From the NCBI GenBank assembly GCA_965203475.1, contig OZ241890.1, positions 1,873,448-1,937,447 on the forward strand: a stretch of DNA of 64,000 nt. The letters run 5' to 3'. This stretch comes from Gammaproteobacteria bacterium (GTDB lineage Bacteria > Pseudomonadota > Gammaproteobacteria > UBA4575). How positions within the stretch are numbered: the stretch's first letter is position 1; every line of letters begins with the position of its first letter. Below, in pieces: positions 1 to 10,507 of this stretch. The translations under genes and the position numbers were made by a program. The notes beneath the pieces are model-generated. The model was not told the origin of the DNA, did no database searches, and was given only the letters and a program-made list of their open reading frames with translations.

Positions 1-960
1 TATGGCAACCAAGTGGTTGGCGCCCTAGACAAAGCAAAATCAACTACAGGAACTGCAAACCTGAGAGTATTTAAAAATAAAATTTTGCTATTGGTTGAAA
101 CACTGCAATCCTCTCAAAAAGGAACCAAAAAAGTCAGCAACGATCTTTTCGTTAAACATATCGAAGCAATAAATAATTTGCTTATTGATGTTCGAAGCGA
201 AACCATGAGCTTACATGAGAGCTTGAATATCCTAGAGGATACTACTGCAGCAAATGAAGATGACCAGAAGCGCTTCGATTCATCAATTGAATTATTACGC
301 AAACAAACAACTTCAGTAAATCAGATTTTAGCTGAATATTATATTTTACGATTAAAAGTTTTAGCACGTGCTATACATCAAAAACGTAAGCTTATCGAGA
401 CTAGGGAAGAAACGATTAAAGAAAAACAAATACTGCTTGATGATTATCAAGAGGATTTGAAAAATTCTCAAAATCTTTGGAAGCGCACCATGAAGCGCAA
501 ACAAACCAAAGACGAAACGAAAGAAGCACAACAAAAAATTTATGATTTGGTTAATGAAATTAAGGCTAGTGAAGTAGTAATCGCAGAGAGTGATTTAATC
601 TTATGGTTAGATGCCATTGTAGAAGCCACATTGAATGAAGATTCAAAACAAAGAGTAATTAAGTCTTTACGCCAGGCAAGAATTTCACTTTACTATTTGT
701 TAAATAAGTTTTGCGCATCACAAGAAGCTTCTGCGATTCAAATCGCAAAAAATCCATTTATCCAAGTTGATCCAGAGAAAGCCATTAAGTTTGTGTTAAT
801 GTCTGAACAGTTTATTTTGAATTATTTCACCAAAAAGAAAAATACGGCTACTGCTTGGCTAAGCGGTGCAGCAGAAAATAAAATTGCAGAGCTAGATCAA
901 TTACAAAAAGATATATTGTCTGAACTTAAAAAAGCGAGCAAATCATTTTTTAAAATTTAG
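1..960 (+). CDS. hypothetical coiled-coil protein, probably N-terminally truncated by the window edge
   Basis: The frame is open from nt 1, and the track start at 13 is a GTG. The product is K/E/Q-rich with heptad-like helical sequence. I recognised no family. Confidence 0.45.
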   Translation, partial: YGNQVVGALDKAKSTTGTANLRVFKNKILLLVETLQSSQKGTKKVSNDLFVKHIEAINNLLIDVRSETMSLHESLNILEDTTAANEDDQKRFDSSIELLRKQTTSVNQILAEYYILRLKVLARAIHQKRKLIETREETIKEKQILLDDYQEDLKNSQNLWKRTMKRKQTKDETKEAQQKIYDLVNEIKASEVVIAESDLILWLDAIVEATLNEDSKQRVIKSLRQARISLYYLLNKFCASQEASAIQIAKNPFIQVDPEKAIKFVLMSEQFILNYFTKKKNTATAWLSGAAENKIAELDQLQKDILSELKKASKSFFKI

Positions 961-982
961 AGTGATGTCCTAACTCTTGCTT

Positions 983-1315
983 TTAGTTTAATAAGCTTAA
1001 TTCTTGATTCTGTAACGCTTCTTGGCGTTGCTTTTCGTGTTGTAAAGCAATAATGGATAGTACAGCTGTTGCAATTATCGAAATTGCCAGTGAAATACAC
1101 AAAGAAATGATCCAAACTTTGGTTTTGCGTCTGCGCAAAATCCAATAAAAAATCCAGCTAAATAAGAAAAAAACTAAAAATCCAAAACAGTAGCGTGCTA
1201 CAAATATAGCATCTCTTGCTCCTTCAACATTATTTACAAGCTCAGTGTACAAATGCCAGCCAATAACCGCTAATACCAAAGATAAAATAATATGCAGAAC
1301 AAACCGTGGTTTCAT
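983..1315 (-). CDS. hypothetical small membrane protein (3 predicted TM segments)
   Basis: 110-aa ORF with three hydrophobic stretches. It is preferred over the overlapping 62-aa ORF at 957..1145. Confidence 0.4.
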   Translation of the reverse strand: MKPRFVLHIILSLVLAVIGWHLYTELVNNVEGARDAIFVARYCFGFLVFFLFSWIFYWILRRRKTKVWIISLCISLAISIIATAVLSIIALQHEKQRQEALQNQELSLLN

Positions 1316-1323
1316 GAGTTATT

Positions 1324-1569
1324 TTAGGCAGGTAAATTATTTTGTGGGGGCATTTGTAAATAATAGCCCTGACTTTGTAAACTTTGTACAACTTGCTTTG
1401 CATCCACCATAGCAAGCTTTCGATCTTCTGTAAGTTCAAATTCTAAAGCAAACTGTGGCTTTCCAAATAACTTTAGCAAGGAGTCAGGAACATTATTAAA
1501 TTTATCTTTTTGATCAAGATAAATATAGGTATCAAGTTTCTTTGTACTTTTATAAACAAAACATTTCAT
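1324..1569 (-). CDS. ycgL: YcgL-domain protein
   Basis: 81 aa. The N-terminus CFVYKSTKKLDTYIYL...F..VP..LL..FG and the C-terminus QGYYLQMPP match the YcgL family pattern. Confidence 0.6.
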   Translation of the reverse strand: MKCFVYKSTKKLDTYIYLDQKDKFNNVPDSLLKLFGKPQFALEFELTEDRKLAMVDAKQVVQSLQSQGYYLQMPPQNNLPA

Positions 1570-1606
1570 TTTGCCTATAAAAGCCTAGACAATTGATAAT
1601 GTCAAT

Positions 1607-2488
1607 TTAATTTTCTGTAGGTATGGTTGCAGTATCCGGAATTGTTGAAACTTCTGGCTCAAGCTCTACTTCTGGTTCAGGCTCAACTTCTAGCTCAGGC
1701 TCAGGTTTTGTTTCGTGCACAACTTCTGGATTCAGAATTGCTTCCGTCATCTCTTCTTCTTGAACTACTTCAGGATCTTGAATCTTAACTTCAGGAGGTG
1801 GTGCTGCCGCACTTGGATCAACTAATTTTGATACAGATTTAATTTTGTCATATTTATATTCAAATGATACTTGCCCACCACCGAGAACTTCTTCAACCGA
1901 TATAGATTCTTCCGAATTTGCAATTAGACGCCCTCTTTTAATCACACCATCAACAAATACTACTTCAACATTTGAACCAATTGCAGATCCTACATTCTCG
2001 GCATTTAGTGGTACTTTTCGAATCTTTGGTCTGGCCTGACCCGAAATTGTTTTATCATCTTTAGGTGCCAAGGCTTCAATTTCTTTAGAAGAAAATCGAT
2101 CTTTGTCAGTACTTAAGATTGGATCATAGCTTTCGCCATCGTCCAGTTCGATTTGTGAGGCTAAAGCTTCGTTCGGTAGCGGCTCATCATCGGGTACCGC
2201 AGTGGGAAGATTTTTAACAATTTCTTGCTCGCCAATAAATGGAAGATGTTTGGCGCCACCACCATAGACACCGATTCCAATCAAGACAACCCCAACTAAC
2301 GACATAGCAAAACCATTGCGTGCACTATCTCGTCTCCATTTGACAAAACAATATACTGGGATCAGTGGGGGTACTAGTAATAGAAGTAAGCCCCAAAATG
2401 TACTTTCATTAAATGCATCGAGCAGTACCATGATCATGCCTACTAGTAATAGCAGTAAGGCGAGAATAATAATGATCTGTGCAAACAT
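1607..2488 (-). CDS. hypothetical membrane protein with a Pro/Glu-rich repetitive C-terminus
   Basis: 293 aa with three N-terminal TM segments. The C-terminal tail is PEPELEVEPEPEVELEPEV, encoded by periodic DNA at about 1640-1720. Confidence 0.5.
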   Translation of the reverse strand: MFAQIIIILALLLLLVGMIMVLLDAFNESTFWGLLLLLVPPLIPVYCFVKWRRDSARNGFAMSLVGVVLIGIGVYGGGAKHLPFIGEQEIVKNLPTAVPDDEPLPNEALASQIELDDGESYDPILSTDKDRFSSKEIEALAPKDDKTISGQARPKIRKVPLNAENVGSAIGSNVEVVFVDGVIKRGRLIANSEESISVEEVLGGGQVSFEYKYDKIKSVSKLVDPSAAAPPPEVKIQDPEVVQEEEMTEAILNPEVVHETKPEPELEVEPEPEVELEPEVSTIPDTATIPTEN

Positions 2489-2508
2489 GAATAATCCCTA
2501 GTTCAATC

Positions 2509-4398
2509 CTAATTAAGATAATTTGTAGACTGTAAAATACTTTCCAACTCTTGCAGTAATTCTTCCTTTTTGAGTCCGGGCAGCTCTGCCAGCTGATCAG
2601 ACCATATTTGACGCATATTTGTCATTTCTATATGCACATACGATAATGTCTCTTTTATATTGTCGCCAGGTTCCTCCTCTAAAATTTGATAACTTCCATC
2701 GGGATTTAGTACCACATTAACCGCATTTGTATCCCCAAACAGATTATGCATATCACCGAGTATTTCTTGATAGGCGCCGACTAAAAAAATACCCAGAATA
2801 TAGCCTTGGTCACCATTAATATCATGAAGAGACAAATAGGGCTTAATTGAATTATTTTCTATATAAGATTCAATTTGACCATCGGAATCACATGTCAAAT
2901 CACAAATACGAGCTTTATTACTCGGGTACTTATGCAGTCTATGCAAAGGAACAATGGGAAAGATTTGATCCAGACCCCAAACATCTGGAATAGATTGGAA
3001 CAATGAAAAATTACAAAAATACTTATAAGTTGTTTTATCAAACAAAGCTTCAATTTCTATATTGGCCTCATCCGCAATACTTAATAATTTTCCGTAGCTT
3101 GTGTTAACAAGTTCTTCAGTGTGCGCTATTTCTTTTAGTGAGACTTCTCCATGCATAAATTCATTCTGAATATTATTCGCTAAGAACTTAACTTGATTAA
3201 ATAAATCATAAATTTTTTCACTACTACACAAATTAGCTGAGTGGTTTTTTAACTTCTCGTTAAGATCAATCAAGCTCGAAATATTTTTATTTCCATCGTG
3301 CTGATTAACGTCATCGCAAGTGTAAAAATTTTTAAAAGGCGATTCGATATCGATTACATTAGTCAACAAAACAGCATGATGTGCAACCATTGCACGACCG
3401 TTTTCACTAACAATAATTGGTGATTGTATATGATGCTTTATACAAATTTGATTAACTGTATTTATTACTACTTCTGCATATTCTTCAACTGAATAGTCCA
3501 TCGAAAAGTATGAGCCTGCACTCGAGCCTTCATAATCAACTGCCAAACCACCCCCAATATTCAAATAATTTAAATTAATATTTGCTTGGCTAATTTGCAC
3601 AAAGAATTGCATCGCTTCTTGCACACCTAAATGTATACCTTGCAGGGACGGAATTTGAGAACCCATGTGAAAATGCAACATACATACCCAATCACTCACT
3701 TTGTGTTTAGTTAACAAATTTAAAAGTTGGATAACTTCCCGGGCAGTTAACCCAAATTTTGCATATTCACCTCCACTATTTTGCCAATTGCCCTTTGCAA
3801 TTGACGACAAACGAACACGCAAGCCTAATCTAGGTTGCACACTTAATTGATCTGCTTGATTTAGCACATATTCGAATTCCTGCAGACTCTCTAGCACAAC
3901 AACAATTTCGTATCCGAGTAACTGGCCAATTAAAGCCAAGCGCACGTAACTCTCATCCTTATACCCATTACATATAATCATCTTCTCTGGGGCTTGACTC
4001 ATACACGCCAATAGCTCGGCTTTACTACCTACCTCAAATGCCACCGGCCAATCGGACTGATTGTGAAAATGGCGAAGAATGCACGCCTGTTGATTCACTT
4101 TTACTGGGTATGCAGATAGATATGAATTTGAATAGCAGCTTGTTTTTATCGCTTTGGCAAAAGCTGTATACAAATTATCCAGGGACTGCTGCAAAATTTG
4201 TGGGAAACGAACTAATGTTGGTAATTTTATAGAACTCTCACGAAGCTTTTGACTTAATTTGTGTAAATCAAGCTCTTGCCCAGATATATTTGCTACTACA
4301 TGACCTAAATCATTTACATCAAATTGGCCATTACTCCACTGCTGGATGCGATAATGTTGTCTAGCTGCATCTATTGACCATGAACTACTTAAACCCAT
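2509..4398 (-). CDS. speA: biosynthetic arginine decarboxylase
   Basis: 629 aa. Length and sequence are typical of SpeA (alanine-racemase-fold PLP decarboxylase). It is divergent from speE. Confidence 0.9.
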   Translation of the reverse strand: MGLSSSWSIDAARQHYRIQQWSNGQFDVNDLGHVVANISGQELDLHKLSQKLRESSIKLPTLVRFPQILQQSLDNLYTAFAKAIKTSCYSNSYLSAYPVKVNQQACILRHFHNQSDWPVAFEVGSKAELLACMSQAPEKMIICNGYKDESYVRLALIGQLLGYEIVVVLESLQEFEYVLNQADQLSVQPRLGLRVRLSSIAKGNWQNSGGEYAKFGLTAREVIQLLNLLTKHKVSDWVCMLHFHMGSQIPSLQGIHLGVQEAMQFFVQISQANINLNYLNIGGGLAVDYEGSSAGSYFSMDYSVEEYAEVVINTVNQICIKHHIQSPIIVSENGRAMVAHHAVLLTNVIDIESPFKNFYTCDDVNQHDGNKNISSLIDLNEKLKNHSANLCSSEKIYDLFNQVKFLANNIQNEFMHGEVSLKEIAHTEELVNTSYGKLLSIADEANIEIEALFDKTTYKYFCNFSLFQSIPDVWGLDQIFPIVPLHRLHKYPSNKARICDLTCDSDGQIESYIENNSIKPYLSLHDINGDQGYILGIFLVGAYQEILGDMHNLFGDTNAVNVVLNPDGSYQILEEEPGDNIKETLSYVHIEMTNMRQIWSDQLAELPGLKKEELLQELESILQSTNYLN

Positions 4399-4450
4399 AA
4401 ACGAGAACTATCCAAAAAAATTAGCTGGCTCTACTTAAATTATAATAATA

Positions 4451-5293
4451 ATGCTGAATGAAAATAAAAAATGGTTTACTGAAGAATGTATCGAATGCGG
4501 TAGTGCATATTCGCTTGAGATTAATGAAAAACTACACGAAGAACAAACTCAATTTCAAAAAATTGAAATTTACTCTACCAAAAGCTCCGGAAATTTATTG
4601 GTAATAGATGGTTATATAATGCTATCTGAAAGGGATAACTTCATCTATCATGAAATGTTGGCTCATCCCATAATTTACTGCCACCCCAATCCAAAAAATG
4701 TTGTCATTGTAGGCGGAGGTGACTGCGGCACTCTGCAAGAAGTTGCGAAGCACAAAAAAATTTCATCGATTGTCCAAGTAGAAATTGATCAACGCGTTAC
4801 TGAACTTTCAGAAGAATATTTTCCTCAACTATGTTCAGCAAACAATGACTCAAGAGTTGAATTAATTTTTGAAGATGCGATTGAATGGTTTCAAAAAGCT
4901 GAAATAAACTCAATTGACATCATTATTGTGGATAGCACTGATCCAATAGGTCCCGCGAAAGGTTTATTTTCTACGCCTTTTTATAAGAACTGTTTCCAGG
5001 CACTCAAGCAAGATGGGTTGTTAGTGCAACAAAGCGAGTCTCCATTAATACATTTAGAAAGCATCATTGAACCTATGCATCAATGCATGAATCAAGCGGG
5101 GTTTTCACACACCCAGCTAATCTATTTCCCGCTACCCAGCTACCCTACAGGCTGGTGGAGTGCCACACTCGCAAGCCAAAACAAGATATCACATAGTAAT
5201 TTGATAGATACTAAGGAAATTGCTACCCGTTACTACAATCCAGAAATACATAATGCGTGTTTTGCTACTCCACAATTTTTAATTAACAAATAG
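4451..5293 (+). CDS. speE: polyamine aminopropyltransferase (spermidine synthase)
   Basis: 280 aa with motifs LVIDG, YHEML.H, VVIVGGGDG-like (GGGDCG) and VDSTDP.GPA, which are typical of SpeE. Confidence 0.9.
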   Translation: MLNENKKWFTEECIECGSAYSLEINEKLHEEQTQFQKIEIYSTKSSGNLLVIDGYIMLSERDNFIYHEMLAHPIIYCHPNPKNVVIVGGGDCGTLQEVAKHKKISSIVQVEIDQRVTELSEEYFPQLCSANNDSRVELIFEDAIEWFQKAEINSIDIIIVDSTDPIGPAKGLFSTPFYKNCFQALKQDGLLVQQSESPLIHLESIIEPMHQCMNQAGFSHTQLIYFPLPSYPTGWWSATLASQNKISHSNLIDTKEIATRYYNPEIHNACFATPQFLINK

Positions 5294-5321
5294 CACATGC
5301 ACCCTTTTAAGGGCGCATGTG
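5294..5321. terminator. hairpin between convergent speE and amtB (candidate bidirectional terminator)
   Basis: Arms cacatgcaccc / gggcgcatgtg (11 bp, one mismatch) with loop ttttaa, immediately after the speE stop. Confidence 0.5.
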
Positions 5322-5376
5322 TTGTGATATGTGTAATTCTACTTTGTATTTCAAAGTAATATTTACGGGGGAACAT

Positions 5377-6633
5377 CTACTTAAGCACAAATTCAGGATA
5401 GGCCTCCATTCCACATTCAGAAATATCAACACCATCATATTCATCTTCATCACTAACCCGAATTCCGATGATCATCTTAATAATTATCCAAGCAATTAGA
5501 CTAACTACAAATACCCAAATGAAAATTGTGGCTGCTCCAATTAATTGGCCACTAAAACTAGCTCCACCATCTTCAGTCAAAGGATTTGTAATAGGTACTA
5601 ACAACAATCCTAGCAAACCCACAACACCATGAACTGAAATTGCACCAACAGGATCATCAATTTTCAATTTATCGAACATCAGAATACTGAATACGACTAA
5701 AATACCTCCCGAACCTCCAAACAAAGTAGCTTGCAACGCAGTTGGCGTAGAAGGTTCCGCAGTAATTGCTACTAACCCTGCAAGCGCTCCATTTAATGCC
5801 ATGGTGAGATCAGCCTTACCAAACATTAGTCGAGCTGTAATGAGTGCTACAATTAAACCACCTGCTGCTGCTGCATTTGTATTCATAAATACTACAGCGA
5901 CTGAATTCGCGCTTTCTACGCTAGCAGTTGCTAAAACTGAACCTCCATTGAATCCAAACCAACCAAGCCATAACACAAAGGTACCTAAAGTAGCTAAAGG
6001 CAAATTTGCGCCTGGTATTGCTTGCACAGAATTATCTGGTGCATATTTCCCTTTGCGAGCCCCAAGCAACATCACGCCCGCTAAAGCAGCAGCAGCTCCA
6101 GCCATATGTACAATTCCTGATCCAGCAAAATCAGAAAACCCTAAATCCGCTAAAGTATATATCCCAAATACGGATTCACTTCCCCATGTCCAACTTCCTT
6201 CCATGGGGTAGATGAATCCGGTCATGACTACAGCAAACAATAAAAAGGCCCAAAGTTTCATGCGTTCTGCAACTGCACCAGATACGATAGACATTGCTGT
6301 TGCCACAAATACAACTTGGAAGAAAAAATCTGCGGACGGAGCATAAGTAGCAGGTTCCGATTCACCCGACACACCATCTCCTACGATTCCATCTAAAAAC
6401 CACGTAAACTCATCCCCGCCATACATAATGGAATACCCACAAACCATATACATGGTGCACGCAACAGCATACAAAGAAACATTTTTCGTTAAAATCTCAG
6501 TTGTATTTTTCGCGCGTACAAGACCAGCTTCCAGCATGGAAAAGCCTGCAGCCATCCACATTACCAATGCACCACACACCAAAAAATAAAAAGTGTCCAT
6601 GGCGTATTGCAATTCAAAAATTTGATTTTCCAC
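5377..6633 (-). CDS. amtB: ammonium transporter
   Basis: 418 aa, polytopic, with Amt family motifs (DFAGSG.VH, GFNGGS). It lies downstream of glnK. Confidence 0.92.
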   Translation of the reverse strand: MENQIFELQYAMDTFYFLVCGALVMWMAAGFSMLEAGLVRAKNTTEILTKNVSLYAVACTMYMVCGYSIMYGGDEFTWFLDGIVGDGVSGESEPATYAPSADFFFQVVFVATAMSIVSGAVAERMKLWAFLLFAVVMTGFIYPMEGSWTWGSESVFGIYTLADLGFSDFAGSGIVHMAGAAAALAGVMLLGARKGKYAPDNSVQAIPGANLPLATLGTFVLWLGWFGFNGGSVLATASVESANSVAVVFMNTNAAAAGGLIVALITARLMFGKADLTMALNGALAGLVAITAEPSTPTALQATLFGGSGGILVVFSILMFDKLKIDDPVGAISVHGVVGLLGLLLVPITNPLTEDGGASFSGQLIGAATIFIWVFVVSLIAWIIIKMIIGIRVSDEDEYDGVDISECGMEAYPEFVLK

Positions 6634-6667
6634 AATTCTCTCCTAAACAATTAAATTTGTTTTCCTC

Positions 6668-7072
<405 letters not shown>

Positions 7073-7086
7073 TTATTATTTTGTTT

Positions 7087-7809
7087 CTATTTGCCCCACT
7101 TCATGATGTCGAATGATCGATGGATACCTACATAAGGTTGTGTTTCATCATCATCACCATCAGGTGCTAGCCCTAGCGGATCATTGTCGTAGTCGGTATG
7201 TACAATAGCGGCGGTAACATCAAAGCCTGCTACTTCAAACCCATATCCCGCTTCGATATACTCACCTAACGAATCTTCTGCATCATCACCAAACATTCCG
7301 TAGGTCACATAAACTCTTTTCCAACCACCGGTAATGGCTAAGAAATCATACTCATCACCTTCAACACCTCCATCATCACCAATGAAGTCACCGTTATACT
7401 CTCCAGTTGAATATTCGATATCAAAATTGAAATCATCATTTGACCAACCTGTATAAAAATTCACTTCGTTATATTCCGAATCAAAATTATCAGAATACTG
7501 ATAACTGGTGCCACCAATTCCTAGATAAAATCCATTTAAAAATTCGTGAATGTAGCCAGCATAAATGTCATATTCATTTCCTTGACCCACATCTCCTATC
7601 CAGGTGCCTAAGTAAAAACCGCCAACTTCTAAGTCAAGTCCACCATTTCCAGACGAATCATTTTGGGGAACACCACGAAATATGTATTCTGATAAAATTC
7701 CTGCGTTGCCTGAAAGCGTTGCCTCTACGGCAAATGCATGACTAGTGAACACTGCGATACTGCTTACCAAAAAGCCCGTCATCGCCAAGTGCTGTAATTT
7801 TATATTCAT
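7087..7809 (-). CDS. TorF-family putative outer-membrane porin (TIGR02001-like), first gene of the glnK-amtB operon
   Basis: 240 aa with a signal peptide, an alternating beta-strand pattern and the motif SEYIFRG. It has a GGGAGG SD and, as is common for this family, sits next to amtB. Confidence 0.65.
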   Translation of the reverse strand: MNIKLQHLAMTGFLVSSIAVFTSHAFAVEATLSGNAGILSEYIFRGVPQNDSSGNGGLDLEVGGFYLGTWIGDVGQGNEYDIYAGYIHEFLNGFYLGIGGTSYQYSDNFDSEYNEVNFYTGWSNDDFNFDIEYSTGEYNGDFIGDDGGVEGDEYDFLAITGGWKRVYVTYGMFGDDAEDSLGEYIEAGYGFEVAGFDVTAAIVHTDYDNDPLGLAPDGDDDETQPYVGIHRSFDIMKWGK

Positions 7810-7859
7810 TGATAATCCTCCCTATACATAGGTGTTGTTTATAATTCGCTGTTTCTCTT

Positions 7860-7875
7860 TGCAGATGCCATGCCA
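7860..7875 (-). promoter_or_regulatory. sigma54 (-24/-12) promoter for porin-glnK-amtB
   Basis: The minus strand reads TGGCAT-GGCAT-CTGCA, against the consensus TGGCAC-N5-TTGCA, with correct GG..GC spacing. It lies about 50 nt upstream of the porin ATG. Confidence 0.7.
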
Positions 7876-7944
7876 ACTTTTAAGAATATTTTTTTATTTT
7901 TAATATCAATAACTTATAAAATTTAATACATATTTCTGCATCGA

Positions 7945-7995
7945 TGCACTTCTACCATGCATTGTGAATACACTTGGGTGCACGGCATTAGTGCA
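7945..7995. promoter_or_regulatory. two NtrC-type enhancer sites
   Basis: TGCACttctaccaTGCA (7945-7961) and TGCACggcattaGTGCA (7979-7995) match the 17-bp TGCACC-N5-GGTGCA dyad. They lie about 70-120 nt upstream of the sigma54 promoter. Confidence 0.6.
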
Positions 7996-8050
7996 TGAAT
8001 TAATAATGTTTTCAGTTACACTAAATGCTGATTTTTGGGAGAGATGAAAT

Positions 8051-8314
8051 ATGAAATTTGATACAGAAAAACTGGATCAAGCCATTAATGAAATTGTGCA
8101 AAAAATTTCGGCTGTTGTTCCTGATGATTTAGTCAACGCTAAACAAAGTTTGGAAAAGAATGCGCGAGTAGCGATTGAAAGTGTCTTTCAACGTATGGAT
8201 TTAGTAACTCGTGAAGAATTTGATGTTCAAGTAAACATGTTGCAAAAAAGTCAACAACAAGTAAAAGAACTTGAACAACGCATCAATGAACTAGAGCAAA
8301 AATTTTTAAATTAA
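8051..8314 (+). CDS. ubiK: ubiquinone biosynthesis accessory factor UbiK (YqiC/BMFP family)
   Basis: 87 aa coiled coil. The motif DLVTREEFDVQ..ML is typical of YqiC/UbiK. Confidence 0.7.
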   Translation: MKFDTEKLDQAINEIVQKISAVVPDDLVNAKQSLEKNARVAIESVFQRMDLVTREEFDVQVNMLQKSQQQVKELEQRINELEQKFLN

Positions 8315-8335
8315 AATTCACTTGGGGATTTCAAA

Positions 8336-9847
8336 ATGACTCTAGCAACGATTTATTCCCGAGCACAAACTGGAATGGATGCACCGCTAGTTACTGTTGA
8401 AGTTCATTTGTCCAACGGATTACCTGGCCTATCTATCGTTGGATTACCTGAAGCAGCCGTAAAAGAAAGTAAAGATCGTGTACGTGCTGCACTATTAAAT
8501 TCAGGTTTTCAATTTCCCACGCGAAGAATTACTGTGAATCTGGCGCCTGCTGATTTACCCAAAGAAGGAGGAAGATTTGATTTACCGATTGCATTAGGAA
8601 TTCTTGGAGCATCTGAACAACTCAACCAAGACCACTTACATGAGTATGAGTTTGTTGGTGAGTTAAGTCTTAGTGGAGAATTGCGACCCATACATGGAGT
8701 GTTACCTGCCGCTGTAGCCAGTCATAAACAAAACCGCGCCATTGTGGTGCCGATTGATAATGGCGGCGAAGCTTTGTTAGCCAAACAAACAACCGTACTA
8801 GCGAGCAGCACTTTGCTTGAAATTTGCGCTCATTTAATAGGACAAGAAATGCTAGTTCCACATTCACAGGAACTTGATATTAATTCAACAATGAGCTCTG
8901 TAGATCTAGGCGAGGTACGTGGACAACCGCGGGCTAAACGTGCACTGGAAGTTGCGGCTGCAGGCGGACATAACATGTTAATGGTGGGATCCCCGGGTAG
9001 CGGTAAAACCATGTTAGCCAGTAGACTGCCTGGGATATTGCCACCACTGACTGAAACCGAAGCCATAGAATCTGCCACTATCTATTCAATAAGCCATGGA
9101 GGGTTTAATCATCAACACTGGGGCAAACGACCATTTCGTGCACCACACCACACAGCATCGGGTGTGGCTTTGGTGGGTGGAGGCTCCTATCCCATGCCGG
9201 GTGAAATTTCACTGGCACATCACGGTGTATTGTTTCTGGATGAGCTTACAGAATTTGATCGACGCGTATTAGAAGTGTTACGTGAACCTTTAGAAACCGG
9301 AACTATCGCCATCTCGCGTGCTGCGCGACAGGTAGAGTTTCCGGCTCGCTTTCAATTAGTGGCTGCTATGAACCCCTGTCCCCAGGGTTGTGATATTGAC
9401 GCCAATGGAAATTGTGCATGTACGCCAGAACAGATTCGACGCTATCGTACACGTATCTCTGCACCTTTATTGGATCGTATCGATATTCATATAGATGTAC
9501 CGCGTGTACCTAAAGAAATGATTCGAGAACAAGGAAATAATAACGCAGACACAAGTCATGATGTGCAACAACGTGTATGTGTAGCGCGTACATTGCAAAT
9601 GCAGCGACAACAAACTCCTAATGCCTACATGTCAAACAAAGAGATTGAATCGTTTTGTAGATTAAATTTAGAAAGTGAACAGCTAATTGATAAAGCTTTT
9701 GATCAACTAGGTTTATCTGCACGTGGGTATCACCGCACATTGAAACTTGCACGCACTATTGCCGATCTTGATGCTGCAGAAAATATACAAGCGCAACACA
9801 TCAGTGAAGCGATTAGCTATCGCTACTATGATCGTTTGTTAAATTGA
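8336..9847 (+). CDS. comM: YifB/ComM family Mg-chelatase-like AAA+ ATPase
   Basis: 503 aa. The N-terminal Lon-protease-like domain starts with AxxYSRA, followed by Walker A GSPGSGKTMLA and the motif GEISLAHHGVLFLDE. Confidence 0.9.
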   Translation: MTLATIYSRAQTGMDAPLVTVEVHLSNGLPGLSIVGLPEAAVKESKDRVRAALLNSGFQFPTRRITVNLAPADLPKEGGRFDLPIALGILGASEQLNQDHLHEYEFVGELSLSGELRPIHGVLPAAVASHKQNRAIVVPIDNGGEALLAKQTTVLASSTLLEICAHLIGQEMLVPHSQELDINSTMSSVDLGEVRGQPRAKRALEVAAAGGHNMLMVGSPGSGKTMLASRLPGILPPLTETEAIESATIYSISHGGFNHQHWGKRPFRAPHHTASGVALVGGGSYPMPGEISLAHHGVLFLDELTEFDRRVLEVLREPLETGTIAISRAARQVEFPARFQLVAAMNPCPQGCDIDANGNCACTPEQIRRYRTRISAPLLDRIDIHIDVPRVPKEMIREQGNNNADTSHDVQQRVCVARTLQMQRQQTPNAYMSNKEIESFCRLNLESEQLIDKAFDQLGLSARGYHRTLKLARTIADLDAAENIQAQHISEAISYRYYDRLLN

Positions 9848-9863
9848 AGTGTGAAGTAGAAGA

Positions 9864-10352
9864 TTACTGTACCGACGCAACCATATAGTCAACGAGTTTC
9901 TTAATATCATCATCTGATAAATCCACACGCCCACCCTTAGGAGGCATCCCACCAATTCCATTGATAGCGTTGGTATACATGGTTTCAATGCCCTTAGCGA
10001 GTCTTGGTTCCCACGCAACTTTATCTCCGAGCTTAGGGGCGCTGAGCACACCGGTTGCATGGCAAGCATTACAGGCTTGATACATCTCTTCAACAGAAGC
10101 GCCAGCATTTTGTTCGGCGGCACTAGCATCGCCTGAAGAAGATTCGGCTTCTGCTACCATGGTCGCTTCACCATTGACGGTAACACTACCGACCGGTTCA
10201 ATGCGTTCTGAAATATTACCTTGAATCAATGGATCTACAGTATATTCAGGCTCACCAATGAGCACGTTAGCAAGCGCTAAAACACCTATAGTTGAAGCCA
10301 CTAATACAACGATTATAATCATCAATGTCGATGCAAATTTAGTCGTACTCAC
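9864..10352 (-). CDS. membrane-anchored cytochrome c5-family protein
   Basis: 162 aa with an N-terminal TM anchor, a single CNACH heme site and a distal GGMPPKGG motif. Confidence 0.75.
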   Translation of the reverse strand: MSTTKFASTLMIIIVVLVASTIGVLALANVLIGEPEYTVDPLIQGNISERIEPVGSVTVNGEATMVAEAESSSGDASAAEQNAGASVEEMYQACNACHATGVLSAPKLGDKVAWEPRLAKGIETMYTNAINGIGGMPPKGGRVDLSDDDIKKLVDYMVASVQ

Positions 10353-10507
10353 AAAAACTCCTAATGATAATTCCTAGTTGAGAAGTATCTCTGCCAAATT
10401 CGCTGGGAATTATAGTGAATGATGAATACTAAACCCAATAGCTCTAACGCAGTGGTTATAGAGAATTTTTTGCCGTTCATCCAACTACTCACAGTATCAA
10501 TATTCGC

